Shown here: one piece after another, positions 1-10,349 of the stretch
Position numbering within the stretch: position 1 is the stretch's first letter
How the letters are laid out: each line of letters opens with the position of its first letter
NCBI GenBank assembly: GCA_008690995.1
Contig: VRMN01000001.1
Span: forward strand, 2,170,001 to 2,234,000
DNA length: 64,000 nucleotides
Direction of reading: 5' to 3'
Source of the DNA: Porphyridium purpureum
Taxonomy: Eukaryota
Translations under genes and position numbers: made by a program
Notes under the pieces: generated by a model
Databases searched by the model: none
Told to the model about the DNA's origin: nothing
What the model saw: only the letters and a program-made list of their open reading frames with translations

Positions 1-1226
1 AACGCCTCGATGAAAGCATGGGCGCCGGTAGTTTTAACCAGCTTAAGGGCTGGACTGACGGCGGTGATATTATTGGCGTGAGCGGCACGCTCAAGCGCAC
101 GGACAAGGGTGAGCTGTCCGTTTATGTTCAGCACTTTCAAGTGCTGACGAAAGCACTTCTACCACTTCCTGACAAATTTCACGGGCTGACGGACGTCGAA
201 AAGCGGTACCGCCAGCGCCACGTCGACCTCATTGTGAATCCAGAGTCGCGAGAGATTTTCCGCAAGCGCGCAAAGATCTCGTCCGCCATCCGAAGCTTTC
301 TGGATCAGAAGGACTTCCTGGAAATAGAGACTCCTTCACTTCACACGCAGGCCGGGGGTGCTGAAGCCAAGCCTTTCACGACATTTCACAATGCACTAGA
401 CCGCGAACTTGTGCTTCGTATTGCAACCGAATTGCATTTGAAAAAGCTCGTTGTGGGTGGATTTGACCGTGTCTACGAGATGGGCCGAGTGTACCGAAAC
501 GAAGGCTTATCGACCCGGCACAACCCAGAGTTTACGTCCATCGAAATTTATCAAGCCTACGCAGACTACACAGATATGATGCAGCTCACCGAGGACCTGG
601 TTGAGAGCGTCGCACTGCAGGTACTTGGAACAACGCAGGTAGAGTACCAGGGCGAACAAATCTCACTGAGCAAGCCATGGACAAGGATTTCCATGCACGA
701 GCTTGTTGAAAAGGCCACAGGAGTGGATTTTAATACACTTTTGACCGTGGAAGACGCCGTGACCGTAGCGCGCTCAGCCGGGGTGCCGCACGACGTGCTC
801 AGCAAGTGCACCTCTGTAGGTGAGGTAGTTAACAAGTGCTTTGAAGAGCTTTGCGAGGCCTCCTTGGTGCAGCCCACTTTTGTTCTTGACTATCCCGTTG
901 AGGCATCACCTCTGGCGAAGCCACACCGCTCAAAGCCTGGCCTGACGGAACGGTTTGAGCTCTTTGTGTATGGGCGCGAGCTTGCAAACGCCTACTCAGA
1001 GTTGACGGATGCAGTGGACCAACGCGAACGGTTTGAACGCCAAGCAAGCAAAAAGAGCGCGGGCGATGAGGAAGCGTGTGGCGTGGACGAGGACTTCTTA
1101 CAAGCGCTCGAGCAGGGCTTACCTCCCACAGGAGGACTGGGCATTGGTATTGACCGGCTAGTGATGCTGTTGACAAATGCACCAAGCATCCGCGATGTGA
1201 TTGCCTTTCCAGTCCTGCGGAACTGA
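1..1226 (+). CDS. Lysyl-tRNA synthetase (class II), 5'-truncated by window edge; probably organellar
   Basis: [10 protein letters not shown] fold, RYRQRHVDL, motif 2 [15 protein letters not shown], motif 3 [15 protein letters not shown]. The frame is open to the window start. Confidence 0.95.
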   Translation, partial: RLDESMGAGSFNQLKGWTDGGDIIGVSGTLKRTDKGELSVYVQHFQVLTKALLPLPDKFHGLTDVEKRYRQRHVDLIVNPESREIFRKRAKISSAIRSFLDQKDFLEIETPSLHTQAGGAEAKPFTTFHNALDRELVLRIATELHLKKLVVGGFDRVYEMGRVYRNEGLSTRHNPEFTSIEIYQAYADYTDMMQLTEDLVESVALQVLGTTQVEYQGEQISLSKPWTRISMHELVEKATGVDFNTLLTVEDAVTVARSAGVPHDVLSKCTSVGEVVNKCFEELCEASLVQPTFVLDYPVEASPLAKPHRSKPGLTERFELFVYGRELANAYSELTDAVDQRERFERQASKKSAGDEEACGVDEDFLQALEQGLPPTGGLGIGIDRLVMLLTNAPSIRDVIAFPVLRN

Positions 1227-1503
1227 CGAGAAAGTACAAAGTTTCGGAGAGTTTTTGACGTATATAGCTCGTACGGGTCTTTCTTGTTTGCTATTCCAGC
1301 CACGCCACGGACACGGGGAGAACAACATCAGATTTATGTCCAGCCGCACTAGCGCGACATTGGTCAAGAGCGCACGTTTCTTGGTCAGAGGCAATACTGA
1401 GTTCCTTCCTTGTACGACCATGTGCTGAAAGCCCTACCGCCCATCATCCACGAAAGAAATGGAACTCCTCATGCGCACAAACTGGCCGCAAGCGCCATTT
1501 CCA

Positions 1504-2235
1504 TTAGGCTTTGCTGATCATTCCAGAGCGGCGAGCATACTCGAACAGACCACCAGCGTCAACCACCGGCTCCACATCGCCCAGCGGGTTTAGTGGGAAT
1601 CTCTCGCCTGTGGTGAGATTAGTGATCGTTTCAGTTTCAAAGTCGATGCGAGCCTCATCACCTGTCTTGAACTTATCTGTGAGTGGGGTTGGCGTCTCCC
1701 ACGGATAGAGCTCACCCGTGGCGGAGCAGTTCCTGAAGAAAATCCTGGCGTAGGATTCAGCGACGACCGCCTTGCCCCCGCACGCGCCAATCGCGATTGG
1801 TGCGTGTTCTCTGGATGAGCCGCAGCCAAAGTTTGGGCCGGCAATGATGATCGGGTAGTCTGTGCGCATTGATCCGTCGTCGCGCACGTACCGTGTCGGG
1901 TACAGCTTGTCTGGCAGCCCAATCATGGCGTACGAGCCGAGCTTCTGGTACTCGTCAGGCACCGAGGGCACCAGCGTCAGGTACTCTGCGGGAATAATCT
2001 GGTCGGTGTCAATGTTCTCGCCCACCACAAACACCTTGCCCTTGATTCCATTCCCGTCATTCTTCTTGCGGCCGACTTCGCACACCTCATCCATGCTCAC
2101 CATGCGCAGCTGACTGCCGCGGCGCGCAACAGCCGCGCGCGCACAGGCGCTGACGCACCGCGCCGCGATACGCGAACGCGTCTGCGCATGTGCGCGCGCA
2201 TCGACCACTCCCTGTACCACGAACGCACTACTCAT
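1504..2235 (-). CDS. leuD: 3-isopropylmalate dehydratase small subunit with likely plastid transit peptide
   Basis: NIDTDQIIP, GPNFGCGSSREHAP, AESYARIFFRN. ATG at 2235 (MSSAFVV...) starts an Ala/Arg/Ser-rich transit-like leader. Confidence 0.93.
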   Translation of the reverse strand: MSSAFVVQGVVDARAHAQTRSRIAARCVSACARAAVARRGSQLRMVSMDEVCEVGRKKNDGNGIKGKVFVVGENIDTDQIIPAEYLTLVPSVPDEYQKLGSYAMIGLPDKLYPTRYVRDDGSMRTDYPIIIAGPNFGCGSSREHAPIAIGACGGKAVVAESYARIFFRNCSATGELYPWETPTPLTDKFKTGDEARIDFETETITNLTTGERFPLNPLGDVEPVVDAGGLFEYARRSGMISKA

Positions 2236-2409
2236 CTTCCCCCGCCTTCTTGCTCGACACACCTTCACGCACGCAACCGCCCGCCGTCGCCCTGCACCAC
2301 ACCGCGCACGCCTCGACGCCACCAGATTCGGCTTCTCTATTAAAAAGCGCGACTTTTTATAGCACGGCGTTCCCTTCCAAATCTGCCGTGGAATAGTCGA
2401 AACGAAAGT

Positions 2410-2706
2410 CGTGGTAATATCGGTCACGCTGAACCGCGGACGGCCGCTTGACACTGTATAAATGGGTCGTTAGGGACCACCACGCGACGATCCGTAGCTT
2501 AGAAGCAAGAGGCTCTCTTCGTGGGTGAGGTAAAAGTTCGTCGCGTTTCGTAGCGATTGGGAGCTAGCGGTGAGTCATCCCCGCGCCTTGTAGAGTCCGC
2601 CACGTTGTGTGGCCCACGTGTTGTTTGCATTGTTGTTTGCGTCCCACGCACCCTTCGAGCGTAGCGGCGGTCACTCACGGTCGATCCCTTGGAGCACCTC
2701 TCCAAG
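2410..2706 (+). repeat. Element A 5' LTR (CGTGG...CCAAG)
   Basis: Direct repeat of 19285-19581; TATA-like GTATAAAT at about 2456. Confidence 0.93.
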
Positions 2707-2721
2707 GGTTATGAGCCCAGC
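2707..2721 (+). promoter_or_regulatory. Element A primer-binding site, half-tRNAiMet type
   Basis: GGTTATGAGCCCAGC is complementary to an initiator tRNA-Met anticodon arm, as in Drosophila copia and Ty5. Confidence 0.85.
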
Positions 2722-3023
2722 GGCTTATGCTGTCTGAGGAGATACTGATCTTTGCGTTCGTGTGCGTTGTCGTGGGTTTGTGTCGGTTGATTCATTTGAG
2801 CTTTTGGGATTTGGATCGTGTAGAACGTCAAGAGACAATTTTGGCGTGGTGTTGCTTGAGCGAGGAACGCTCGTATCGCCGCTAACATTGTGGTTCTCTT
2901 GAACACGCTTCAACTTACCACTTGGAGCCCGTAATCTTTTGAATCAAGAAGGACAGCTCCGATTTCTGGACCATCCGAATAGTGTTGCGCCTAAAGGCGA
3001 GCATTGTGGACGGACGTTTCGTC

Positions 3024-5419
3024 ATGGACGACCGGGAACAGGAGCAGTCGCGCTTGCGTGCCGCAATGGCAGCGCGTCAACTGCAACAGCAACAACAAGG
3101 AGGTGGAGCAGGGCCGGCAGGGCAGCCAGCGACCCCTCCTTTTGATTTTGAGATCCTGATGGCGAGGATTAGGGCCGAGTTATCGGTGGATCTGCAAGTC
3201 GCGCAGCGGCGCATTGAAGGTCTAGAGCAGGAACTGGCGCAAGAGAGGACCGCGCGCACAGCGGTCGCGTCAGCGGGATATCAGCAGGGGAAAACGCTGG
3301 TGCCGGCTCGTATGATCACGTACGATGGGGAGCGAGACCTTGTAAAGATCATTACATGGGTTTCGGCTGCGCGCGATCGAGTAGTTGCACCGTACGTGGA
3401 AGAGATCGAGGCGCTCGGCGGGCACTGGGATGCGCGTGCGGAGAAGCGGGTCGTTAGGAATCTCTCTTCGTATTTGTGTGGAAACGCGGCACTCTGGTGG
3501 ATCCGGATGAAAGACCAGCCGGAGCTCGTTGAGGATTTCCTGAAGGCTTTGGAAGCGCGTTTTGCTCCGGTAAACCCGGGCGCTCGGGCGCGTGACGAGC
3601 TCTTTGAGTTGGAGCAACGTGGCTCAAGCGTAGAACATTATACCAATATGTTCATGTCCTTGTGTTTACGTATTGAAGATGCCAATGAGTCAGAATTGTA
3701 CGATAAGTACAAGCGTGGGCTAGACAAAGATGTGCGAATCCAGACGGAGTTAAAAGGTCCGACGAGATTAGACGACTTTATACGCGTTGCGCTCGAAGTT
3801 GATGCAATCATGCATCCTGATCGAGCAGCGCCGATCCGAAACGGTCGACCATCGGCGTCGAACGATGGGCCCACCCCGATGGAATTGGGCACAGTCGAAA
3901 AGCTAAGCAGAAAGAGCGGGAGATCGAGCAATGAAAACAGGCGACGGCGCCATCGTGGCCGTGGAGACTTGAAGAAGGACCAATGCGCCAAATGCAAGAA
4001 GTTAGGACACTGGAAGAAAGATTGTCCAGAAGTAGCCGCCGGGGCGGCGGAGCTCGAGTTGCTTGCGATGAGCAACGGCGTGAAGGTCGAGAAGTTGGTG
4101 CGTCGTGATATGCTGGTAAATGGACACAATGTGAGTGTCATATTTGACACAGGAGCCACCAATACTTACGCATCTTTGGCCTTCTGTGAGAGAATCGGAG
4201 CGGCGGTGAATAAGACTGCGGTGTTTGGGGGCGTCCGCTTGGCGGACGGGAATATGAGCAAGTCAATCGGGACGGCGCGTTTGACGTTAAAGTTGCCCGG
4301 GGCGCGAGACACTAGGCTGTCGGCGGTCGTGCATGTGGCTCGACACGACCTGATTGTCGGTTTGGATTGGCTGCGCGCGCAGAAGGCGCGATTTTCGATC
4401 GGTCAGATGGAACTCCTGAGTACGGACAGTGAGATGCTGGGCGATGCTCACACGATGAACGCGCGCAATGACGCGGCGAGGTCGCGAATGTCGCAGCATG
4501 ATCTTCTTCATATGCCGGCGAGAGCAAATTGTAGCATCTGCTCGATGGGAAAGATATCGAGAGCCCGTGCGATGCGGAAAAGTGGCGACGATACCGAGCG
4601 GGTCAGCTTTAATAATGCAGTCTCCGTAGATCTGGTCGACCCGACAGTGATCGGCGTCGACGGTACGCGTTGGTTGATGACACACCGAGACATAGGCACG
4701 GGCTGGGTGTCGGTAGCGAGCTTGCCAGATAAGCGCGCAGAGACAGTGGCTGTTGCGTTTCGAGAGATGCAACGGGGACGCGGATGGCCCATGATTGTCA
4801 AGTCCGACGGAGGCGGTGAATTCGAGGGCGTGTTTGAGGACATATTGCGCGATCAGCTGGTTGTGCACGAGCGCGGGATCGCGAGGCGGTCAAACACACA
4901 CGCAGCGCACGAGCGGCTACATCGCGACTTGAACGCCACGCTCCGGGTACTTCTCGTACAATCCGGTCTGCCGACAGAGTGGTTTGCATACGCCGCAAAA
5001 TTCTGGGCCCAAGTAAGGAATCTCGTCTGGCGCGGTCGTAATAGCTCTGGCACAGCTTACGAAAAACGGTATGGGAACGAGTGGAAACTTGAAATACCGG
5101 CCTTTGGACAAGGTGTGGTCGTGTACGCTGAAGCGTCTGGAAAGTGCGAGCCCAAGGGCATACCTGCGATAGTCGTTGGGGTCCGTGTGCCGACAAGCGA
5201 AGTTATCAAACAGCGACTAAACTGCTTGATTATACCGGTAGCCGACTTACGACCTGCAGCTGCCCGATGGGTGCAGGAATGGAAATCCCTGCCAGACAAA
5301 TTTCCGGTATTGAAGTATGGGCTGAGGCCGGCAGAAGAGGGGCACGTTCCAGGGCAAGACGTTTCCGAACGAGTGAGCTCTGATAGTGAGCCCTTGCTGG
5401 TGAGCTCTGATGATGAAGG
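3024..5419 (+). CDS. Element A polyprotein, 5' part: Gag (CCHC knuckle), aspartic protease, integrase
   Basis: PTPMELG, CAKCKKLGHWKKDC, IFDTGAT...DLIVGLDWL, HDLLHMPARANCSIC, and DDE residues in VDLVD / SDGGGEF / HERLH. Interrupted by element B. Confidence 0.9.
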
Positions 5420-5711
5420 TGTCGCGAGCGACCTGATGCAGGTCTCAGTACAGCGAGTACGCAGAGGTACAGTCCCTAAGTGTACTGAAAGTACAGCTGT
5501 GGGTGTACCGTGTGGTACAGCTGAGTTATGTTGAGGGCCGCGGGATTGGGTTATTCCGAGGGCTGAACCCGCCGGGCAAGCCGTTGCGGCGCCGGAAGGC
5601 GGGTATAAAACAGAGCGAGCGGCAGCCGAACGAAGAAAAAAGGCTAGGAAGAAGAGAGGAGGTAGAGGAGGAGAGAAGAAGAAGTAAAGAAAAGAAGCTC
5701 CGTTTGTGACA
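5420..5711 (+). repeat. Element B 5' LTR
   Basis: TGTCGC...GTGACA; TATAAAA at about 5604; GTAC cluster in U3. Confidence 0.95.
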
Positions 5712-5768
5712 TAATTTGCAAATTGGTCGTGTGGGAGCGAGGAAGTGTGGGGTTGGGAGTGGGATAGG

Positions 5769-7067
5769 ATGGCGCGTGGGCGTGGGGCAGGAGTTGGAGA
5801 GGCAGGTGGGCCTCGCGAGGCAGCAGTTGTGGCAGGACTTGGGGAGCCACGCAGCGGATCCGCGATCATCGAAGCAGGGGCCGCTCGTGCCGGGGGCCCA
5901 GCGCCAGAAGACGGGCCTGTCGTGGAGCACCAGGGTGAAGCTGTCGACAATGAGCAGGGGACGCCAGGTCACCTGGAAGCCGCAGCCGACGCAGAGTCCG
6001 TTGTCCCGGTTGGAGACCTAGCTGCACCGGGCGGAGCCGAAGTGATGGCCCTTCGCGCTCGCGTTGCTGAACTGGAGGCCCAGGCGCACAGCCGCAACTC
6101 GGCGCAGACCTCGGGCCGTACCATGGATCGGTCGTTCTGGGAGGAGCAGTTGAAGCTCGCAGCAACCTTTCGCGAGGCGGTCCGCAGTGCTCAAGTTCTT
6201 ATCAAGGCCCCAGGTGACGCTCATTTCTTCGCGTCGCGGACCTGCTGGGAGTCGCACGCGGACACACTTGGCCTCGCAAGGGACAATGTCGCGGAGCACA
6301 TCAGCGCTTGCTTTGGTGGGCCCGCGGTGTCAAGGTACCAAGCCGTGATCAAAGATGTCGATGCGGCAGGGCCCGGCGCAGCGAACCGTGTGTGGAAGGC
6401 ACTGGAGTCCATGTTTTTCAATGTCGAGCACCGCCAGGCTTTGAAAGCCGAGCTCCGCCGCATGAAGTTCCAACCGGGGAAAGCCAGCTTGAGTGTCTTT
6501 CTGAACGACCTGGAGACCAAGGCTGACGGGCTCAAGATGGACGACGAGGACAAGAAGGACGTGTTGATCGAAGCCATGGACTCCGCGTTCTTGAAGAACA
6601 CGGTCCGCATGATCGGCGTGAGCGTCTCGTTCACCAAGCTGCGCTCAGCTCTGGTGGACCACGTCGGTGAAGATGGTTTGAAGGGTCTACCGAGTCGCCC
6701 GCTTCCTCCGTTTGGCCAGCAACGCCCGCTTGGCCGCGAGAGAGTGGGCCGCATAGGCGAGGTCCCGGGCACGACGATCCAGAAGCGCGGTCGTGACTAC
6801 GGCCTGTACGCAGAGGATGTGTACCAGGTCGAGAGCTTCGGGCCACAGGCCAAGCGCCAAGCCCTTCCGACTGCTTTGCCCGGACAGCCGCAGTGCTGGC
6901 AGTGCGGCGAACTTGGACACTTGAAGAGGGATTGCCGCAATGGATGGCCACGGGCCGATGGGGGAGTGCATCGCCCCGCGGGCCAAGGTGGAGCACCACG
7001 TGCGCCGTATCCGGACGGTGGCTTGAGCCACGGACCAAAAAACGGGCAGTGGGGCAGCAAGCAGTAG
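5769..7067 (+). CDS. Element B Gag
   Basis: ATG at 5769; CWQCGELGHLKRDC zinc knuckle; overlaps pol in the -1 frame. Confidence 0.85.
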   Translation: MARGRGAGVGEAGGPREAAVVAGLGEPRSGSAIIEAGAARAGGPAPEDGPVVEHQGEAVDNEQGTPGHLEAAADAESVVPVGDLAAPGGAEVMALRARVAELEAQAHSRNSAQTSGRTMDRSFWEEQLKLAATFREAVRSAQVLIKAPGDAHFFASRTCWESHADTLGLARDNVAEHISACFGGPAVSRYQAVIKDVDAAGPGAANRVWKALESMFFNVEHRQALKAELRRMKFQPGKASLSVFLNDLETKADGLKMDDEDKKDVLIEAMDSAFLKNTVRMIGVSVSFTKLRSALVDHVGEDGLKGLPSRPLPPFGQQRPLGRERVGRIGEVPGTTIQKRGRDYGLYAEDVYQVESFGPQAKRQALPTALPGQPQCWQCGELGHLKRDCRNGWPRADGGVHRPAGQGGAPRAPYPDGGLSHGPKNGQWGSKQ

Positions 7068-7074
7068 CTGCCCC
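7037..7074 (+). promoter_or_regulatory. -1 ribosomal frameshift signal of element B
   Basis: A AAA AAC in the gag frame, 7-nt spacer, then an 8-bp stem GGGGCAGC/GCTGCCCC. Confidence 0.75.
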
Positions 7075-8677
7075 CTGCATGGAATGGTGGGAGCCGGGCG
7101 ATGCCTCAGGTGAGGCAGAGTTGCAAGGCGCGGCGTACGCCAAGGAACAAGACGGCGACGCGGAGCTGGCCGTGCGTGCGGACAACAGTCCGACGTTGCG
7201 GGTGAAGCTCACCGCATGTGGCCAGGCAGTGGTCGCACTGGCAGTTCTGGACACGGGCGCAAACTCAACATGGGTGAGCCCGAGCGTGGCTGACCGGCTC
7301 GGCTTGAAAACGCAGCCGTCAAGTTGGGGAGCGCGAGGGCCGGACGGCGCCTCCTTGGGCAGAGTCAGCGTTGGGTTTCTGGATCTGCATCTCGGGTCTT
7401 TCGTTTTTCCGTGCGAGACGGTCCGAGTGGCGGAACACCTCAAGACAGATCTCTTAATCGGCTGGGACTTCCAGGTTCGAGAAGTCGCGGCCGTGCTGCC
7501 AGGTCAAGCTGTGTTCTTCAAGCGTGGAGGTTCTCTACCGTTCGAGCAAGTGAGTGGTCTGCCGGGCCCAGAACACATCGGTCATCTTGAAGAACCGGGC
7601 GAGATTGATCGTCGAATCGCCCAGCTGGAGCAGAAGCACGCGGCCGAGAAAGAGGAAGCCCTGCGCAACGCCGCGGCCATCGAGCTTGGGCATCTCGAGC
7701 CCGAGCAGCGCAAACGAGTCGGCGACGTCCTAGCTGAGGCGTGGGTGCTGTTCAGGCCGTCCATGGGATTAACGGACCTGGTGGAACACACCATCACTGT
7801 CGAACCGGGCCAGCGCCCTCTGGTGGCCAAAGTGCGCAGGCGCTCAGAGGCCGAGAACGAGGCTGAGCGCAGCCTGGTCGAAGCCCTTGTCGCTAAGGGA
7901 GTGCTGCAGCCGAGCACGTCGGAGTGTGCAGCAGCCAACGTACTGATCCGGAAACCAGATGGATCGTATCGGATGACTACCGACTTTCGCCCGCTCAATG
8001 CAATCACAATCAAGGACAGGTACCCAATCCCAGACGTTGGGGAGATGCTCGACTGGCTTTCGAGGCGCCGATGGAAGAGCGCTCTCGATCTCAAGGACGG
8101 GTTTTTCCAGGTGCCCCTTGCGCCAGAAAGCATGCATTTGACTGCCATGATCACACGTGAGGGGCTATTTGAATACACGCGTCTGCCGCAGGGCTGCTGC
8201 AATAGCCCGCCAACGTTTCAGCGACTCAACAACCGGATTTTGGGCCCTATGCGCCATGCACACGCGCAGATCTACATTGACGATCTGACAGTGGGACATG
8301 AGACCTTCGAGGAACATGTGGAAGGACTTCGTCAGATCTTGCGAAGGTTCGCGGCGTCGGGACTTACACTGTCGGCCCGCAAGTGCAAGATTGCTCTGGC
8401 AGAAGTACAGTTTCTGGGCCATCGCATTGGCCCGCAAGGTTTGCGGCCTGGGGTAGATAAGACGCGGGCAATCCTGGAGTGGCCAGAGCCAGAAGAAGCG
8501 AAGGACCTGCAGCGGTTCCTGGGACTGGTCGGCTGGTTTCGTAACTTCATACCGAACTTCGAGGAGCGTGCCCTCCCGCTGAGGCGAGCGCTGACTGGGC
8601 TCGGATTGACGGACAAGAAAGGTGGCTTCCACCGGAAGACGGCCGGTGGCGCAGAGTGGGCGAGCAGATTCGGGGAC
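7043..8677 (+). CDS. Element B Pol, 5' part (protease, RT); interrupted by element C
   Basis: VLDTGAN, LDLKDGFFQV, LPQGCCNSP, YIDD. Confidence 0.9.
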
Positions 8678-8975
8678 TGTTATCCGTTCGACCCCAGTCA
8701 CCTAGAACGGTTCGGTTAATCCGAAACCGGTAAGCCGTTAAACCGGTAGACCGTTTAACCGTTTCTAGAAGCTTCTAGAGGTTCCAGAACCTTCTAGACG
8801 CGCGCAGAAATGCCAATGATTTGCATTGTCATTTCTCTTGGCGCCTTGCTGTCCCTGGCGGAAGTAAGGGTATAAAAAGGCGACGCGCCTGCCCGGACTA
8901 GCCGGTCAGGTCTTGCTCGGAGACAGAAGAGGTAAGAAAGAAGACGCAGAGAATAAAGGCACAGCATTGGTAACA
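8678..8975 (+). repeat. Element C 5' LTR
   Basis: TGTTA...TAACA; TATAAAA at 8871; AATAAA at about 8952. Confidence 0.95.
8763..8799 (+). promoter_or_regulatory. Tandem heat-shock-element-like array in C LTR U3
   Basis: TTCtaGAAgcTTCtaGAg followed by TTCcaGAAccTTCtaGAc, about 72 bp upstream of the TATA box. Confidence 0.65.
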
Positions 8976-9542
8976 TTTGGTATCATCGCTGGTTACCTGG
9001 GGTTGCTCTAAGGTTCTCTTTGAGTTTCTCTGGGGTTGCCTGGGTGGGAGAGTCTGCGGGTAAGGGGGTTCGAGTAAGTCGATCCGGAGGGTGCGACGGG
9101 TGGAAGCGGGTCTCAGTCTTGGCTGTACGATAGGCCTAGGCCTTGACGGCGGACTCGCTCTCTGCCTTAGCACGTATTAGTAGGCAAGAGCCGTAACGGT
9201 CAGCCTTCACTAGGATTCATCCTAGTGTCGCACGACCACCTTTGCGAAGGTAGGCGCCGAACACCTCCATACAAGATCGCATCTATAATCCCCGCCCCAG
9301 TGCAAAGGCCCGGGCCGCTCCCCATCCAGCGCAACAGAGGAGGATTGCTGTGTGCTTTGTTGTGTGTGCGTGAGAGGGTTGCTGTGCGTGTGTGTGAGTG
9401 AGAGGACCGCTTCGTGTGTCGATTTGTGTTCGTGAGGGCGACCGAGCCCGTTCGTGGTGCGCGCAGCCGTTCGAGAGTGTGAGCAGCGGAGACTCGCTGT
9501 TTGTGTCGTTGTCGTCGTTTAGTGTGCTTGTTTCCAGAAAGC

Positions 9543-10349
9543 ATGGAGATTGATTCGGAGACGCTGGGACCACGTGGCCCGAAGGAGGCCCGTCTGATGA
9601 GGTTCGACGGGAAGCGTGACCTTCTCGTTGTGAAGACGTGGTTGTTCCAGGCGAGAAAGAAGATCTTGGGCCGGCTGTTGGAGAGCATCCACCCGGACGA
9701 TTTGGAGAAACGTCTGCTTGCGGAGAGGCGTGCTGTGGACCTGGCATCAGACTACTTCGAGGGAGAGGCGCTTCATTGGTGGGTTCTAAACTGCGAACGC
9801 TACCCGCATGAGATCCCCACGACGTGGAATGATTTTGCTGCCCTCGTGAGTGCTCGGTTCACGCCGCAGGATTCGATCAGGCGTGCAAGGGACAAGTTGA
9901 CGCGTCTTTCGCAGAAAGGCCCGGCCCATGCGTATGTGGCGGCTTTTCAGGACGCGGCACTTGTGATTCCGGACTTGTCGGACGCAGAAATGATGGACCG
10001 CTTTGTGAGGGGTCTGAAGCCCGAGGTCCGCTTGGAAGTGTACAAGCGAGGAGTGAGTACGTTCGCGGAGGCTGCGCAGGTGGCGGTGGTCGTGGACGAC
10101 GCCATTCATGCGACCCGCGGCGTGCGTGATTCAAGTGTGAGGGCGCCATTTTTCGGTCGTGCAGCGCAGGAAGGACCTGTCCCGATGGAGCTGGGACATG
10201 TGCAGGGTCAGAGGCGTGTTCGTACCGAGCTCAAGTGCTGGAATTGTGGAAGGCCGGGACACATCGCCAGGACGTGTCCCGAGGCAAGGAAGACTATCCA
10301 GCAGCTGGAGGGAGACTCGCTGGAGTCAAAAAACGAGGAGCTCGAGTAG
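9543..10349 (+). CDS. Element C Gag
   Basis: Retrotrans_gag-like FDG..W, ALHWW, RFVRGL, PVPMELG and CWNCGRPGHIARTC. Confidence 0.9.
   Translation: MEIDSETLGPRGPKEARLMRFDGKRDLLVVKTWLFQARKKILGRLLESIHPDDLEKRLLAERRAVDLASDYFEGEALHWWVLNCERYPHEIPTTWNDFAALVSARFTPQDSIRRARDKLTRLSQKGPAHAYVAAFQDAALVIPDLSDAEMMDRFVRGLKPEVRLEVYKRGVSTFAEAAQVAVVVDDAIHATRGVRDSSVRAPFFGRAAQEGPVPMELGHVQGQRRVRTELKCWNCGRPGHIARTCPEARKTIQQLEGDSLESKNEELE

Noticed and set aside
5420..5534. C-terminal 38 codons of ORF 2982..5534
   Set aside because: Read-through into the B LTR; the true frame resumes at 17121.
5057..5950. Minus-strand ORFs spanning the B LTRs (also 16714..17286)
   Set aside because: They cross element junctions; the shared peptide is just the duplicated LTR.
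8678..8719. Apparent stop of B pol at 8719
   Set aside because: Caused by the C insertion; the frame continues at 14149.
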